Assembly: GCA_004321885.1 (NCBI GenBank)
Contig: SCQK01000014.1
Span: 95,464-159,463 of the forward strand
Source: Patescibacteria group bacterium
Lineage (GTDB): Bacteria > Patescibacteriota > Patescibacteriia > Magasanikbacterales > GWA2-37-8
Direction: 5' to 3'
Length of the DNA stretch: 64,000 nucleotides
Positions 55,143-63,936 of the stretch are shown piece after piece. The position numbers and the translations under genes are program-made. The notes under the pieces are model-generated. The model was not told the DNA's origin, searched no databases, and was given only the letters and a program-made list of their open reading frames with translations. The number at the start of each line of letters is the position of its first letter. Within the stretch, counting starts at the first letter, position 1.

Positions 55143-55511
55143 ATGTTGATACAAATTTTTCTGGTTATCTTCTTCGTTTTCGCCATGGTGAAAGTGATCG
55201 GGCGATGGCGCGGAGGAGAGTTAAGCGCTCGCGCGGCGGTTTTGTGGATTTTGTTTTGGCTGGCTGGCGTCGTAGTCGTGATTTTGCCCCACAGCACGTC
55301 ATACTTCGCCAATTTGTTGGGCGTGGGGCGCGGCGTTGATTTGGCTGTTTATTTGTCCGTGGCGCTATTGTTTTTCGCGGTGTTTAGATTGACAGTAAGA
55401 ATAGAGCGGTTGAATAAAGACATAACGAAGTTGACGAGGAGGACGGCGCTAGAAGAAAAAGAATTACCCCTCTCTAACTCTCCCCTTATAAAGGGGAGAG
55501 AGAACCTATGA
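55143..55511 (+). CDS. Small membrane protein (DUF2304-like, commonly paired with GT2)
   Basis: 3 TM helices; the C-terminal 10 aa are encoded by a family-A repeat. Confidence 0.5.
   Translation: MLIQIFLVIFFVFAMVKVIGRWRGGELSARAAVLWILFWLAGVVVVILPHSTSYFANLLGVGRGVDLAVYLSVALLFFAVFRLTVRIERLNKDITKLTRRTALEEKELPLSNSPLIKGRENL
55466..55506. repeat. Family-A hairpin encoding C-terminus of DUF2304-like ORF
   Basis: CCCCTCTCTAACTCTCCCCTTATAAAGGGGAGAGAGAACC. Confidence 0.8.
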
Positions 55512-56731
55512 AAATAGCTCACGTTATTTCAACGTTTCCGCCGCGAATCGGCGGAATGGGAAAAGTGTGTTTTGAAGAGGCGAAGGAATTGGCCAAGCGC
55601 GGGCACGATGTGACCGTGTTTACTTTGAGGTATGCGGATACCCCCTCCTCTGTCCCCCCCCTAAGAGGGGGAGGAATAAATGTGGTGCGAATGTGGCCGG
55701 TGGTGAGGGCAGGCGACGCGGGTTGGGCGCCGCAATTATTTTGGAAGTTGAAAAATTTTGACATCGTTCATTTACACTATCCGTTTTACGGCGGGGCGCA
55801 TTGCGTGTTGTTGGCCCGGCTTTTTCGGAAGCAAAAATATGTGCTCACGTATCACATGGACGCTCGGCCCGCAGGATTGTTAAAAAAATTTTTTCAAAAA
55901 ATTTACGATTTTATTTTCGCGAAAGCGATTTTGAGGAACGCGGAGAAAATGATTGTGATGGATAGGAAGTATTTTGAGGCCAGCACAAATACGACCGTTG
56001 GTTCCATAGTTCCCGACTCAGTCCGGACTGTGGAACCCAATGCCGGCACTTTGGCTCCACAGCCCCGACGTAAAGTCGGGGACTATGGAGCCAGCGTGAT
56101 AGAAATCGCGCCGGGCGTGGATGCGGAGATCTACCAGCCGTCAGGTGGCTGGCCTCAAGGGGGCCACTTCGGGGCCGGGAAAAAAACAATTTTGTTCGCG
56201 GCCAATCCCATGCCGTTGAAGCGGTTGGATTTGTTACTGAAGGCGTTGCGGTTGATGAACGAAGATGTTTCGCTTTTAGTGGTGGGAGGCGGTTACGCGC
56301 TTGAGGATTACAAAAAAATGGCCGAGGAGCTGGGGATAAAAAACAAAGTGGTTTTCGCCGGCCGGTGCGACAGCGAACAAAAAATGGCCGAGTATTATAA
56401 CTCCGCTTCTTGTCTGGCCATACCATCGCAATCCGAATCGTTTTCTTTGTCAGCGATTGAAGCAATGGCTTGCGGTTGCCCGGTGGTGGCGCGTGATATG
56501 CCGGCTATGGCCGGACGCGTGACACACGGAGTTGATGGTTGGCTGGTAAACAGCGATAAGCCCGAGGATTGGGCGCGCGTTCTTCGCGAAGCTGTGGGAC
56601 TTACCGCGGAAGAGCGCGAGCGCATAGGCGCGGCGGGCAGAAAAAAAGTCGTGGAAAATTATGATTGGAATAGACATGTGGATGAATTGGAGAAAGTGTA
56701 CAGTATGGATTCCGGCTCAAGGCCGGAATGA
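55508..56731 (+). CDS. GT4-family glycosyltransferase with two in-frame repeat insertions
   Basis: ESFSLSAIEAMACGCPVVA is the GT4 E-x7-E region. Family-A repeat (55640..55677) encodes DTPSSVPPLRGGG; family-C REP pair (56000..56096) encodes ...SIVPDSVRTVEPNAGTLAPQPRRKVGDYGAS... Confidence 0.8.
   Translation: MKIAHVISTFPPRIGGMGKVCFEEAKELAKRGHDVTVFTLRYADTPSSVPPLRGGGINVVRMWPVVRAGDAGWAPQLFWKLKNFDIVHLHYPFYGGAHCVLLARLFRKQKYVLTYHMDARPAGLLKKFFQKIYDFIFAKAILRNAEKMIVMDRKYFEASTNTTVGSIVPDSVRTVEPNAGTLAPQPRRKVGDYGASVIEIAPGVDAEIYQPSGGWPQGGHFGAGKKTILFAANPMPLKRLDLLLKALRLMNEDVSLLVVGGGYALEDYKKMAEELGIKNKVVFAGRCDSEQKMAEYYNSASCLAIPSQSESFSLSAIEAMACGCPVVARDMPAMAGRVTHGVDGWLVNSDKPEDWARVLREAVGLTAEERERIGAAGRKKVVENYDWNRHVDELEKVYSMDSGSRPE
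55640..55677. repeat. Family-A hairpin inserted in-frame in GT4 gene
   Basis: CCCCCTCCTCTGTCCCCCCCTAAGAGGGGGAGG. Confidence 0.8.
56000..56096. repeat. Family-C REP-like hairpins (2 units) inserted in-frame in GT4 gene
   Basis: GGTTCCATAGTTCCCGACTCAGTCCGGACTGTGGAACC and GGCTCCACAGCCCCGACGTAAAGTCGGGGACTATGGAGCC. Confidence 0.85.
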
Positions 56732-56733
56732 CA
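56706..56733. repeat. Family-B repeat providing the stop (TGA) of GT4 and the start (ATG) of MTase
   Basis: TGGATTCCGGCTCAAGGCCGGAATGACA; ATGA within GGAATGACA. Confidence 0.85.
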
Positions 56734-57555
56734 ATGATGTGTATGGCGTTTGATTACGAACAATCAATTTGGGGAGCGGGCGAGGCTACTTTGCACTACG
56801 CGGACCCGGCCAGTTTTCGTTTGCTTCAGGCGCTGGACGCTTTGGCGCGTGTGAAAGAAGGCCGGGTGCTGGAAGTAGGTTGCGGGGCCGGACAATTTAT
56901 TCGCGCCATCAAAAGAGCGCGGCCGGAATTGGAATGTTGCGGGTGTGATATCAGCGCTGCGGCTGTAGCCAAAGCAAAAGAAACCGGCGAAGGCGTGCGT
57001 TACGACCAAAGCCTCGAAGTGGAACTTCCATATGTGAATGTTTGTTTTGACGCTGTGCTGGTGTTTGACGTTTTGGAACACGCGCAGAACACAGACGCTT
57101 TGTTGGCCGAGATAAATCGCGTGCTGGCGCCGGGCGGGGTGTTTTATTGCTTTGTGCCGTGCGAAGGCGACTGGCTGTCGCTCTGGAATTTGCTTAGAAA
57201 ATTAAACATCAAACCCGACTTAACAAAAAAATACGCTGGCCACATAAATTATTTTTCCCGTTGCTCGCTGTATGATTTGCTGAAAAAAAATAATTTCCGC
57301 TTAAAACAACTTCGCTACAGTGAACACAGTCTGGGACAAATACTTGGCGTACTGACATTTATTTTAATGGCTCGGGCCGCCAAAAAACAAAATATCTCGC
57401 AGATGAACAATGAAGCGTTTTTCGCGCGAATGAAACATGGCTCCAAATTTTATTCCGCGCTAAAAAAAGTAGTGAATTTTTTGGTAAATTTGGAGTCAGT
57501 GCTTTTGTGCCGCGTTCCATCGCCGAATGTGCATGTAATTTCCATTAAGAAATAG
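56728..57555 (+). CDS. Class I SAM-dependent methyltransferase
   Basis: VLEVGCGAGQF motif I, VLVFDVLEH, LAPGGVFY; start/stop ATGA overlap with the GT4 gene, supplied by a family-B repeat. Confidence 0.8.
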   Translation: MTMMCMAFDYEQSIWGAGEATLHYADPASFRLLQALDALARVKEGRVLEVGCGAGQFIRAIKRARPELECCGCDISAAAVAKAKETGEGVRYDQSLEVELPYVNVCFDAVLVFDVLEHAQNTDALLAEINRVLAPGGVFYCFVPCEGDWLSLWNLLRKLNIKPDLTKKYAGHINYFSRCSLYDLLKKNNFRLKQLRYSEHSLGQILGVLTFILMARAAKKQNISQMNNEAFFARMKHGSKFYSALKKVVNFLVNLESVLLCRVPSPNVHVISIKK

Positions 57556-57576
57556 GTGAAACAGCGCGCGGCGGTC

Positions 57577-57653
57577 GGATGTGTTTGAACGCCTTATCCC
57601 GACTCAGTCGGGATGGCCGAGGCCTCGCGGCCGAGGGAAGTGAGAACACATCC
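57577..57653. repeat. 78-bp inverted-repeat element, right copy
   Basis: See 54112..54189. Confidence 0.85.
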
Positions 57654-57679
57654 GACCGTCGCGAGCGATTCAACGAGTG

Positions 57680-57711
57680 TGGATTCCCCCGACTAAGTCG
57701 GGGGAATGACA
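57680..57711. repeat. Family-B repeat
   Basis: TGGATTCCCCCGACTAAGTCGGGGGAATGACA. Confidence 0.85.
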
Positions 57712-57717
57712 AGTGAT

Positions 57718-58278
57718 ATGAAAGTAGTTCACATAATTCCATCGGCCTTCCGCTACTTTGACGACATCCGCGGCAAGGCCTTTGAATTAGTTGAAGAACT
57801 CTCTGATTTAGGCGTGGAAACGGAGGCGTTTACAATTCAGTACGGCGATACGACTAGAGCCATCAAAAGTGAGGTAAGCGGAAAAGCCCCGTCGCGTAAA
57901 TTCATGGGCAACGCGGATTTGGCGCGCGCCCTGGCCGGGCTGGGGGTCGGCGATATTGTCCACGTCCATTGCCCGCTTTTTGGCGCGGCCGGGCCGGTTC
58001 TGCGGCTAAAAAAGAACAAGCCGCAAATTCCTTTGCTGGCCACTTTTTACCGTCCCGCGCGCCTGCCTGATTTTTTTTCTTTGCTCATCAAATTTTATAA
58101 TGGCTATTATTTGCCCAAAATTTTTGGAGCGGCCGACGCGATTTTCTCTTATGCGCCAGCTGTCCACTTGACTCGCTGGGCCAATAAGGTACAATTAATA
58201 GACATAGCGCGGCCGGATTCGCCGCGGCCGATTGATTTTTATAGTGATTTTTTTAATAATCCGTATGCCAGAGAATAA
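57718..58278 (+). pseudogene. Orphan GT4-type N-terminal (GT-B Rossmann) domain only; likely truncated glycosyltransferase remnant
   Basis: MKVVHIIPSAFRYF... VHVHCPLFGAAGPVLRLKK resembles the Glyco_trans_4-like N-domain, but no C-terminal E-x7-E domain follows; the next ORF overlaps its end. Confidence 0.35.
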
Positions 58279-59140
58279 TGTCGGGCCACAGGGCGGGCCA
58301 GTCGGAGGCAACAAAACTTTTTTTGAAAGCTTGCGTCCCAAAAGCGCGTTTATGGTCGGCGTCGCGGCCGGAGTGCTCATTATCGGCACGGTCGGATTTA
58401 TAGTTTTGGGAGTAATGGTTCTAAAGGGTAAAATCGCTCCGGGCGGCAAAGCCGGCGCGACGACTCAAAACGCGCCTGTGGCCGCGGCTCCGCCAAACCA
58501 GCAGCCAACGCCGGCCGCGGTTCCAAAAACGTCAAGGCCCAAGGCTGAGCTGTTTGTGATGTCCTATTGCCCTTATGGCTTGCAGATGGAAAAAGCCTAT
58601 CTGCCGGTGATGTCGCTTTTGCGAGAAAAAGCCGACCTGGAAATCAAATTTGTTTCTTATGCCATGCACGGCCTGAAAGAAATTGAAGAAAACACCAGGC
58701 AATACTGCATTGCCGCCGAGCAAAGCGACAAGCATATCGCCTATATGAATTGTTTTACCATGAAAGATGATTACCAGGGTTGTTTGACTGTTGCCAAAAT
58801 CAATCAAAGCAAGTTGAATTCGTGCGTGGCGGCGACAAACAAAAAATTCGGCGTCATGGAAAAATATAATGACCAGAGTACCTGGCTAAGCGGCCAGTTT
58901 CCATTGTACCCGGTGCATCAAGACTTAAACGCGCAGTACAATGTGCAGGGTTCGCCCACGCTGATAATAAACGGGGTGGAGGTACAGACGGCCAGGAGTC
59001 CGGAGGCGGTAAAGAAAGCCGTGTGCGACGCGTTTGAAAAGGCGCCGGCCGAGTGCGGCCGGGCGCTGGAAGCTAACCAGGCATCCCCCAGCTTTGGCGC
59101 CGGCGACGGGCACAAAACCGGCGACGCGACTTGCGGATAA
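58232..59140 (+). CDS. Membrane-anchored DsbA/thioredoxin-fold thiol-disulfide oxidoreductase with Pro/Ala-rich linker
   Basis: TM, linker APVAAAPPNQQPTPAAVP, then ELFVMSYCPYGLQ (CxxC) and GSPTLIING cis-Pro region. Confidence 0.6.
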   Translation: MIFIVIFLIIRMPENNVGPQGGPVGGNKTFFESLRPKSAFMVGVAAGVLIIGTVGFIVLGVMVLKGKIAPGGKAGATTQNAPVAAAPPNQQPTPAAVPKTSRPKAELFVMSYCPYGLQMEKAYLPVMSLLREKADLEIKFVSYAMHGLKEIEENTRQYCIAAEQSDKHIAYMNCFTMKDDYQGCLTVAKINQSKLNSCVAATNKKFGVMEKYNDQSTWLSGQFPLYPVHQDLNAQYNVQGSPTLIINGVEVQTARSPEAVKKAVCDAFEKAPAECGRALEANQASPSFGAGDGHKTGDATCG

Positions 59141-59162
59141 TTTAAAAAATAACTTATTTCGT

Positions 59163-59471
59163 ATGGGCAGATTCAAAAAAGGATTATTACTCGGCGGGTT
59201 GGTGGGCGCGGCCCTGGTGTGGCTGAATTTAAGCCCCAAGGGCAAAGAGATGCGCGACAAAATGAAAGAACATCTGGAAAATCTTTTCGCGCAACTCAAA
59301 GAAAGCATTAAAAAATTGGAGGGGCCGACGCGCGAAATGTACGACGCGCTGGTGGAGCGGGCCGTGGAAGAATACGCGGCCAAAAAAGAGCTGGCCATAG
59401 AATGGAAGAACAAGCTGGTGAAGGAGTTGAAGAGAAAATGGGAAGACGTGGAAGACGAATTAAGGCGCTAA
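59163..59471 (+). CDS. YtxH-like small protein (glycine-zipper TM + coiled coil)
   Basis: MGRFKKGLLLGGLVGAALVWL followed by charged helical EKxxE repeats. Confidence 0.5.
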   Translation: MGRFKKGLLLGGLVGAALVWLNLSPKGKEMRDKMKEHLENLFAQLKESIKKLEGPTREMYDALVERAVEEYAAKKELAIEWKNKLVKELKRKWEDVEDELRR

Positions 59472-61252
59472 GTTTTTCTTAAATCTTCCACTTTCATTTC
59501 CAGCTGGCGGTTTCCGTTCCATTCGTTTGCGCCGATGGAAAACACCAGGTCTATTTTGTCGCCGATATTCAGGCGCGCCCGCCAGTCATCCGGGTGGCGG
59601 TTCACATCGCCCAGGCCAAAGCCGATCATCTTGTGGCAAATATGGGAATTGTGGCGCACAGTCAGACGCAGGTGTTTGCCGTCCTGGCCGATCGGTTCAA
59701 TATTTACGACAGAGAGGCCGGCCGCCAGGTAGCGCGGCTCCTCGTTGAACTGGCCAAACGGTTCAAATTTTTGCAATAAATCGTAGAGCTTCCAGTCTAC
59801 TTCATCCACGGAAATTTCGCCGTCAATGATAATTTGCGGCGCCAGTTCAACGCCGGCCGTGTCGGCCGCGCATTTGGCGGCCAGTTTTTTTTTGAACTCT
59901 TCCAGCACGGACGGTTCTTTCAGGGTAAATCCGCAGGCCGCCGGATGCCCGCCGAATTTATCAAACATTTCCGGCATGGATTGCAAAGCCGCGATTAAAT
60001 TGAATTCGCGGATACTGCGGCCCGAGCCGTTTATTTCGTCGCCGGCGGCGTTCATCACGAGCGCCGGCTTGTAAAATTCGTCTTTGATTTTGCCCGAGAT
60101 AAGCCCGAGGATGCCGGTGGGCCAGTCACTGCCCAAGACAAAAATAAGCGGATTTTTATTCTGGGCTGTTTCTTTGATTTGTTTTCTGGCTTCGGCTATG
60201 TATTGTTCGGTGAGCCGCTGGCGGTCGGAGTTGTTTTTGTTGAGTTGTTCTGATAGTTCGGTCGCTTCTTTTTCATCTTTGGCGACCAGCAGGGCAAGGG
60301 CGGTGTTGGCGTGGTCCATGCGCCCGGCCGCGTTTAACCGCGGGACTATCTGAAAAGACAGCGTGGCAGAATCATAGCTTCCGCGTCTGGGCCGGCCGTT
60401 TTCATCGGCAATGCCGGCCGCGCTCAATAATTTTTTCAGTCCGATATTGCGGGTTTTGTTTAGCACAGTCAGCCCATAGCGCGCCAAAGTGCGCGATTCG
60501 CCCAGGAGAGGCACCATATCGCCGACCGTGGCGATGGCCACCAAATCCAGCATCCATTTTTCAAAGGCTTCGGGCGATTGGCCGTCTTTTAGTTTATTTC
60601 CCAGCGCGGCATTTTTTTTGAGCAACCCCTGCGTCAGCTTGAAAGCCACCGCCCCGCCGCACAGGCCCTTGTCCGGATATTTTTCGCCTTTGACCAGCGG
60701 GTGAATGATAGCGTCGGCCGGCGGCAATTTGGCCGGCACTGTATGATGGTCAGTGACTATTATTTTCATGCCGGCTTTTTTGGCGGCCTTTACTTCTTCA
60801 ACGTTGCTGATGCCGCAGTCGCAGGTGATAATCAAATTCGCGCCACGGTTTTTCAAAAATTCCACTGTTTTCAAGTTCAAACCATAGCCGTCTATTTCGC
60901 GATGGGGGATAAAGACGTCCACATTTTCCGCGCCCAGATTTTTTAAGCACAAAATAAGCAGAGCCGCCGAGCAAACCCCGTCCGCGTCATAATCGCCGTG
61001 CACGATGATTTTTTCTTTTTTGTCAATGGCCCTAAAAATCAAAGACGCGGCTTTTTCCATGTCTTTGAAGAGAAACGGGTCGTGGATGTCGGCCGAGTAG
61101 TCCGGGTTTAGGAATTCGTCAATCTCTTCCTGGGAGCGCAAATTTCTATTCCAAAGCAGGCGCGCGATAATGGCGGGCAGTTCGGGGTGAGAGTTTAGAA
61201 ATTCTTTTGGGGCCTCGGGCAGAACAATCCATTTTTTCGGCATATAATGCAC
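59468..61252 (-). CDS. recJ: Single-stranded-DNA-specific exonuclease RecJ
   Basis: DHH motifs HGDYDADGVCSAA, ITCDCG, IVTDHH; DHHA1 GGHPAACG. Confidence 0.92.
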   Translation of the reverse strand: MHYMPKKWIVLPEAPKEFLNSHPELPAIIARLLWNRNLRSQEEIDEFLNPDYSADIHDPFLFKDMEKAASLIFRAIDKKEKIIVHGDYDADGVCSAALLILCLKNLGAENVDVFIPHREIDGYGLNLKTVEFLKNRGANLIITCDCGISNVEEVKAAKKAGMKIIVTDHHTVPAKLPPADAIIHPLVKGEKYPDKGLCGGAVAFKLTQGLLKKNAALGNKLKDGQSPEAFEKWMLDLVAIATVGDMVPLLGESRTLARYGLTVLNKTRNIGLKKLLSAAGIADENGRPRRGSYDSATLSFQIVPRLNAAGRMDHANTALALLVAKDEKEATELSEQLNKNNSDRQRLTEQYIAEARKQIKETAQNKNPLIFVLGSDWPTGILGLISGKIKDEFYKPALVMNAAGDEINGSGRSIREFNLIAALQSMPEMFDKFGGHPAACGFTLKEPSVLEEFKKKLAAKCAADTAGVELAPQIIIDGEISVDEVDWKLYDLLQKFEPFGQFNEEPRYLAAGLSVVNIEPIGQDGKHLRLTVRHNSHICHKMIGFGLGDVNRHPDDWRARLNIGDKIDLVFSIGANEWNGNRQLEMKVEDLRKT

Positions 61253-61313
61253 CTTAGTTTTGTGGGCCTCTGTCCGCCTTTGGCGGAAGGGGAGAGATAG
61301 AGAGGGGTAAATT

Positions 61314-61706
61314 TTATTTCCTAAACATTGTCTTTAATGTAAGCGCCCGAAAATCCCAGTAAGAGTCGGCCAACAGCAGAGTGAAGGCGATAAACAGGGC
61401 GTTGGAAGACCAAAAGTCTTTGGCCGGAATGGGCGCGGCGTAAGTGGCGAACAAGGCGACGCCGAGCGCTATCCAGTAGGTTAGCGATTTGGCGCAGACG
61501 CTGCGCTGTTCTGATTTGTTGATTTTAGCGCGCAATTCCAAAAGATAGCCTGCGAAAAGCGCGAGCAAAGGGCCGGCGATATACCATTCGTAATCGTGCG
61601 GGTCCAGACCCAGGCCTTGTATGATATAAAAACTTATCCAGGCAATGAGCATGAAAGCGAAAAACAAGAACACGATGTCCAGTTGGTACTTGCGCAGGGG
61701 AGACAT
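61314..61706 (-). CDS. Hypothetical membrane protein (4 TM)
   Basis: Hydrophobic ORF; operonic with the upstream 31-aa peptide. Confidence 0.5.
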   Translation of the reverse strand: MSPLRKYQLDIVFLFFAFMLIAWISFYIIQGLGLDPHDYEWYIAGPLLALFAGYLLELRAKINKSEQRSVCAKSLTYWIALGVALFATYAAPIPAKDFWSSNALFIAFTLLLADSYWDFRALTLKTMFRK

Positions 61707-61712
61707 ATTCCT

Positions 61713-61808
61713 ACTGGAAAGCGGGCAGGATGGTGAACAAGAGCATGGCCAAAATGCCGATGAGCGCCACCACCACCCATAGTTGTTTTATTGTTTTTGG
61801 TTTCATAT
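61713..61808 (-). CDS. 31-aa single-TM peptide (MKPKTIKQLWVVVALIGILAMLLFTILPAFQ)
   Basis: Hand translation of the reverse strand; its stop is 7 nt before the next gene's ATG. Below the ORF-track length cutoff. Confidence 0.35.
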
Positions 61809-61826
61809 TGTTATGTTTGAAAAATA

Positions 61827-63701
61827 TTATCTTTTCAATACAGCCAAATACGTCTCGGCCGGTATGTCAATTTTTCCGTGCGAAAGCAGGCGTCTCTTAC
61901 CTTTTTTCTGCTTTTGCAAAAGTTTCATCTTGCGCGTGTAATCGCCGCCGCTCATTTTGGCCAGCACGTCTTTGCGTAAAGCCGACAGCCGTTCGGCCGC
62001 GATAATTTTTCCGCCCACCGCCGCCTGGATTTTAAGCACGAATTGTTGGCGGGGAAGCGAATCACGGAGTGACTCCACGACTTTCTTCCCGGCCTTGTAG
62101 GCCTCGTCGCGCCAGACCAGCGTGGCCAGGGCCTCCACCGGTTCTTCGGCCACCAGCACGTCCAGTTTTACCACATCGGTTGGTTCGTAATCAATGTATT
62201 CGTAGTTCATGGAAGCGTAACCCGACGTGACGGTTTTAAGTTTATCATAAAAGTCGGTAATAAGCGAGGCCAGGGGAATTTGGTAATGCAACATGGCGCG
62301 CTGGTCGGCTCCGGCGCTTAAATATTCGGTGTTGACATAGCGCCCTTTGCGTTCGGACACCAGTCCCATGATATTGCCTACGAAGTCCTTGGGCGTGATA
62401 ATATCCAAGTCCATCCATGGTTCGGTGATGGATTTTATTTCCGCCGGCGAGGGCATTTCCTGGGGGCCGCGGATTAAAATATTTTGCCCGTTGGTTTTTT
62501 CGGCTTTGTACACCACGCTCGGCACGGTGATGATAATTTCCAAACCGTGTTCGCGCTTGAGTCGCTCCTGAAAAATATCCAGATGCAAGAGACCCAAGAA
62601 ACCGCAGCGAAAACCGAATCCCAGCGCCTGCGAATGCTCGGGTTCGTAGGTCAAAGAAGAATCGCTTAAGCGCAGTTTGTCTATGGCGTCGCGCAGTTCG
62701 CCGTAGGCATCGCCTTCTTTGGGAAAAATGCCGGCGAATACCATGGGCTTTACCTCCTTGTATCCCGGCAACGGTGTCTCGCTCATTGGGCATTGCTCAT
62801 TGGGATTTGGGATTTTCGCGATGGTGTCGCCCACGCGACAGTCGCGCACTTCTTTGAGTCCCGTGACCACGTAGCCGATCTCACCGTTCAAGAGTTTTTC
62901 CGCCGCTTTGAATTTGGGCGTGTAGTATCCCAATTCCAATACCTCGGCCGGCGTTTTGGTGGTCATCAAAAATATTTTGTCGCCTTTTTTCAATTCGCCG
63001 TCGGACACGCGTACTGAAGCCACCACGCCTTTGTATTCGTTGAACTCCGAATCAAAAATCAGGGAGCGCGTCGGTTTGCCGATGTTGTCCTTCGGCGCCG
63101 GCACGCGCTCTATCACGGCGGTTAAGATTTCTTCCACGCCCTGGCCGGTTTTGGCCGAAGCCAAAATTATTTCCTCTTCTTTACAGCCCAACAGGTGGAT
63201 TATTTCTTCTTTGGTTTTTTGCACGTTGGCGATGGGCATGTCAATCTTGTTGATGACCGGAATGATGGTCAGATTTTGCTCAATCGCCAGATACAAGTTG
63301 CCTATGGTTTGCGCCTGCACGCCTTGGGTGGCGTCCACGAGCAAAATAGCGCCTTCCACGGCGGCCAAAGAACGCGAAACCTCGTAGTTAAAATCCACAT
63401 GCCCGGGGGTGTCTATCAGGTTCAGGATGTATTCACTGTCATTGCGAGCGCCCGCAGGGCGCGTGGCAATCTCATTCTTGTTTGGGATTGCTTCGCTCTG
63501 CTCGCAATGACACTTGTACGACATGCGCACGGGCGTGAGTTTGATGGTGATGCCGCGTTCGCGTTCCAGGTCCATGCTGTCAAGCAGTTGCGCTTTCATG
63601 TCACGCTTGTTCACCGTGCCCGTGAATTCTAAAAATCTATCCGCCAATGTGGATTTTCCATGGTCAACATGACTTATGATGCAAAAATTTCTGATGTTCA
63701 T
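61827..63701 (-). CDS. lepA: Elongation factor 4 (LepA) with in-frame palindromic-repeat insertion in the G domain
   Basis: NFCIISHVDHGKSTL, DTPGHVDFNYEV, C-terminal LepA domain. About 27 aa (CHCEQSEAIPNKNEIATRPAGARNDSE) inserted between ...RMSYK and YILNLIDTPGH, encoded by two opposed family-B repeats 63427..63501. Start at MNIRNF (63701). Confidence 0.9.
   Translation of the reverse strand: MNIRNFCIISHVDHGKSTLADRFLEFTGTVNKRDMKAQLLDSMDLERERGITIKLTPVRMSYKCHCEQSEAIPNKNEIATRPAGARNDSEYILNLIDTPGHVDFNYEVSRSLAAVEGAILLVDATQGVQAQTIGNLYLAIEQNLTIIPVINKIDMPIANVQKTKEEIIHLLGCKEEEIILASAKTGQGVEEILTAVIERVPAPKDNIGKPTRSLIFDSEFNEYKGVVASVRVSDGELKKGDKIFLMTTKTPAEVLELGYYTPKFKAAEKLLNGEIGYVVTGLKEVRDCRVGDTIAKIPNPNEQCPMSETPLPGYKEVKPMVFAGIFPKEGDAYGELRDAIDKLRLSDSSLTYEPEHSQALGFGFRCGFLGLLHLDIFQERLKREHGLEIIITVPSVVYKAEKTNGQNILIRGPQEMPSPAEIKSITEPWMDLDIITPKDFVGNIMGLVSERKGRYVNTEYLSAGADQRAMLHYQIPLASLITDFYDKLKTVTSGYASMNYEYIDYEPTDVVKLDVLVAEEPVEALATLVWRDEAYKAGKKVVESLRDSLPRQQFVLKIQAAVGGKIIAAERLSALRKDVLAKMSGGDYTRKMKLLQKQKKGKRRLLSHGKIDIPAETYLAVLKR
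63427..63501. repeat. Two opposed family-B-like repeats inside lepA
   Basis: TGTCATTGCGAGCGCCCGCAGGGCGCGTGGCAATC and GGGATTGCTTCGCTCTGCTCGCAATGACA. Confidence 0.8.
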
Positions 63702-63936
63702 ACCCAAAATTCTATCACAGAGCATTACAATATTCAATGGCTGGCAAAAACAAAAACAGCCTTTGAAAAAGCTGCTTTTGTAATAGTGCGAACCTCCCTG
63801 TTCCTCCAAATCTTGCCCGGCGGCTTCGCACAGCGCGCGCCGGGATGAATGTGCGATTGATTACGCTGGGAGCGTGGAGGTGGTGTGTACCCCGTATACT
63901 GTACACATATTCTCGTTTCGCCTATCATAAAGGGAT

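Noticed and set aside
57706-57720. ORF-track start of 57706 (MTSDM...) for the GT4 N-domain fragment
   Set aside because: That ATG is the ATGACA inside the family-B repeat; the downstream ATGAAA at 57718 is the more plausible start.
3600-63501. Abundant short GC-rich palindromic repeats; considered whether any cluster is a CRISPR array
   Set aside because: Units are hairpins (self-complementary), occur singly or in irregular tandem without unique equal-length spacers, come in several families with variable loops, and no cas genes are present. They are REP/MITE/RPE-like instead.
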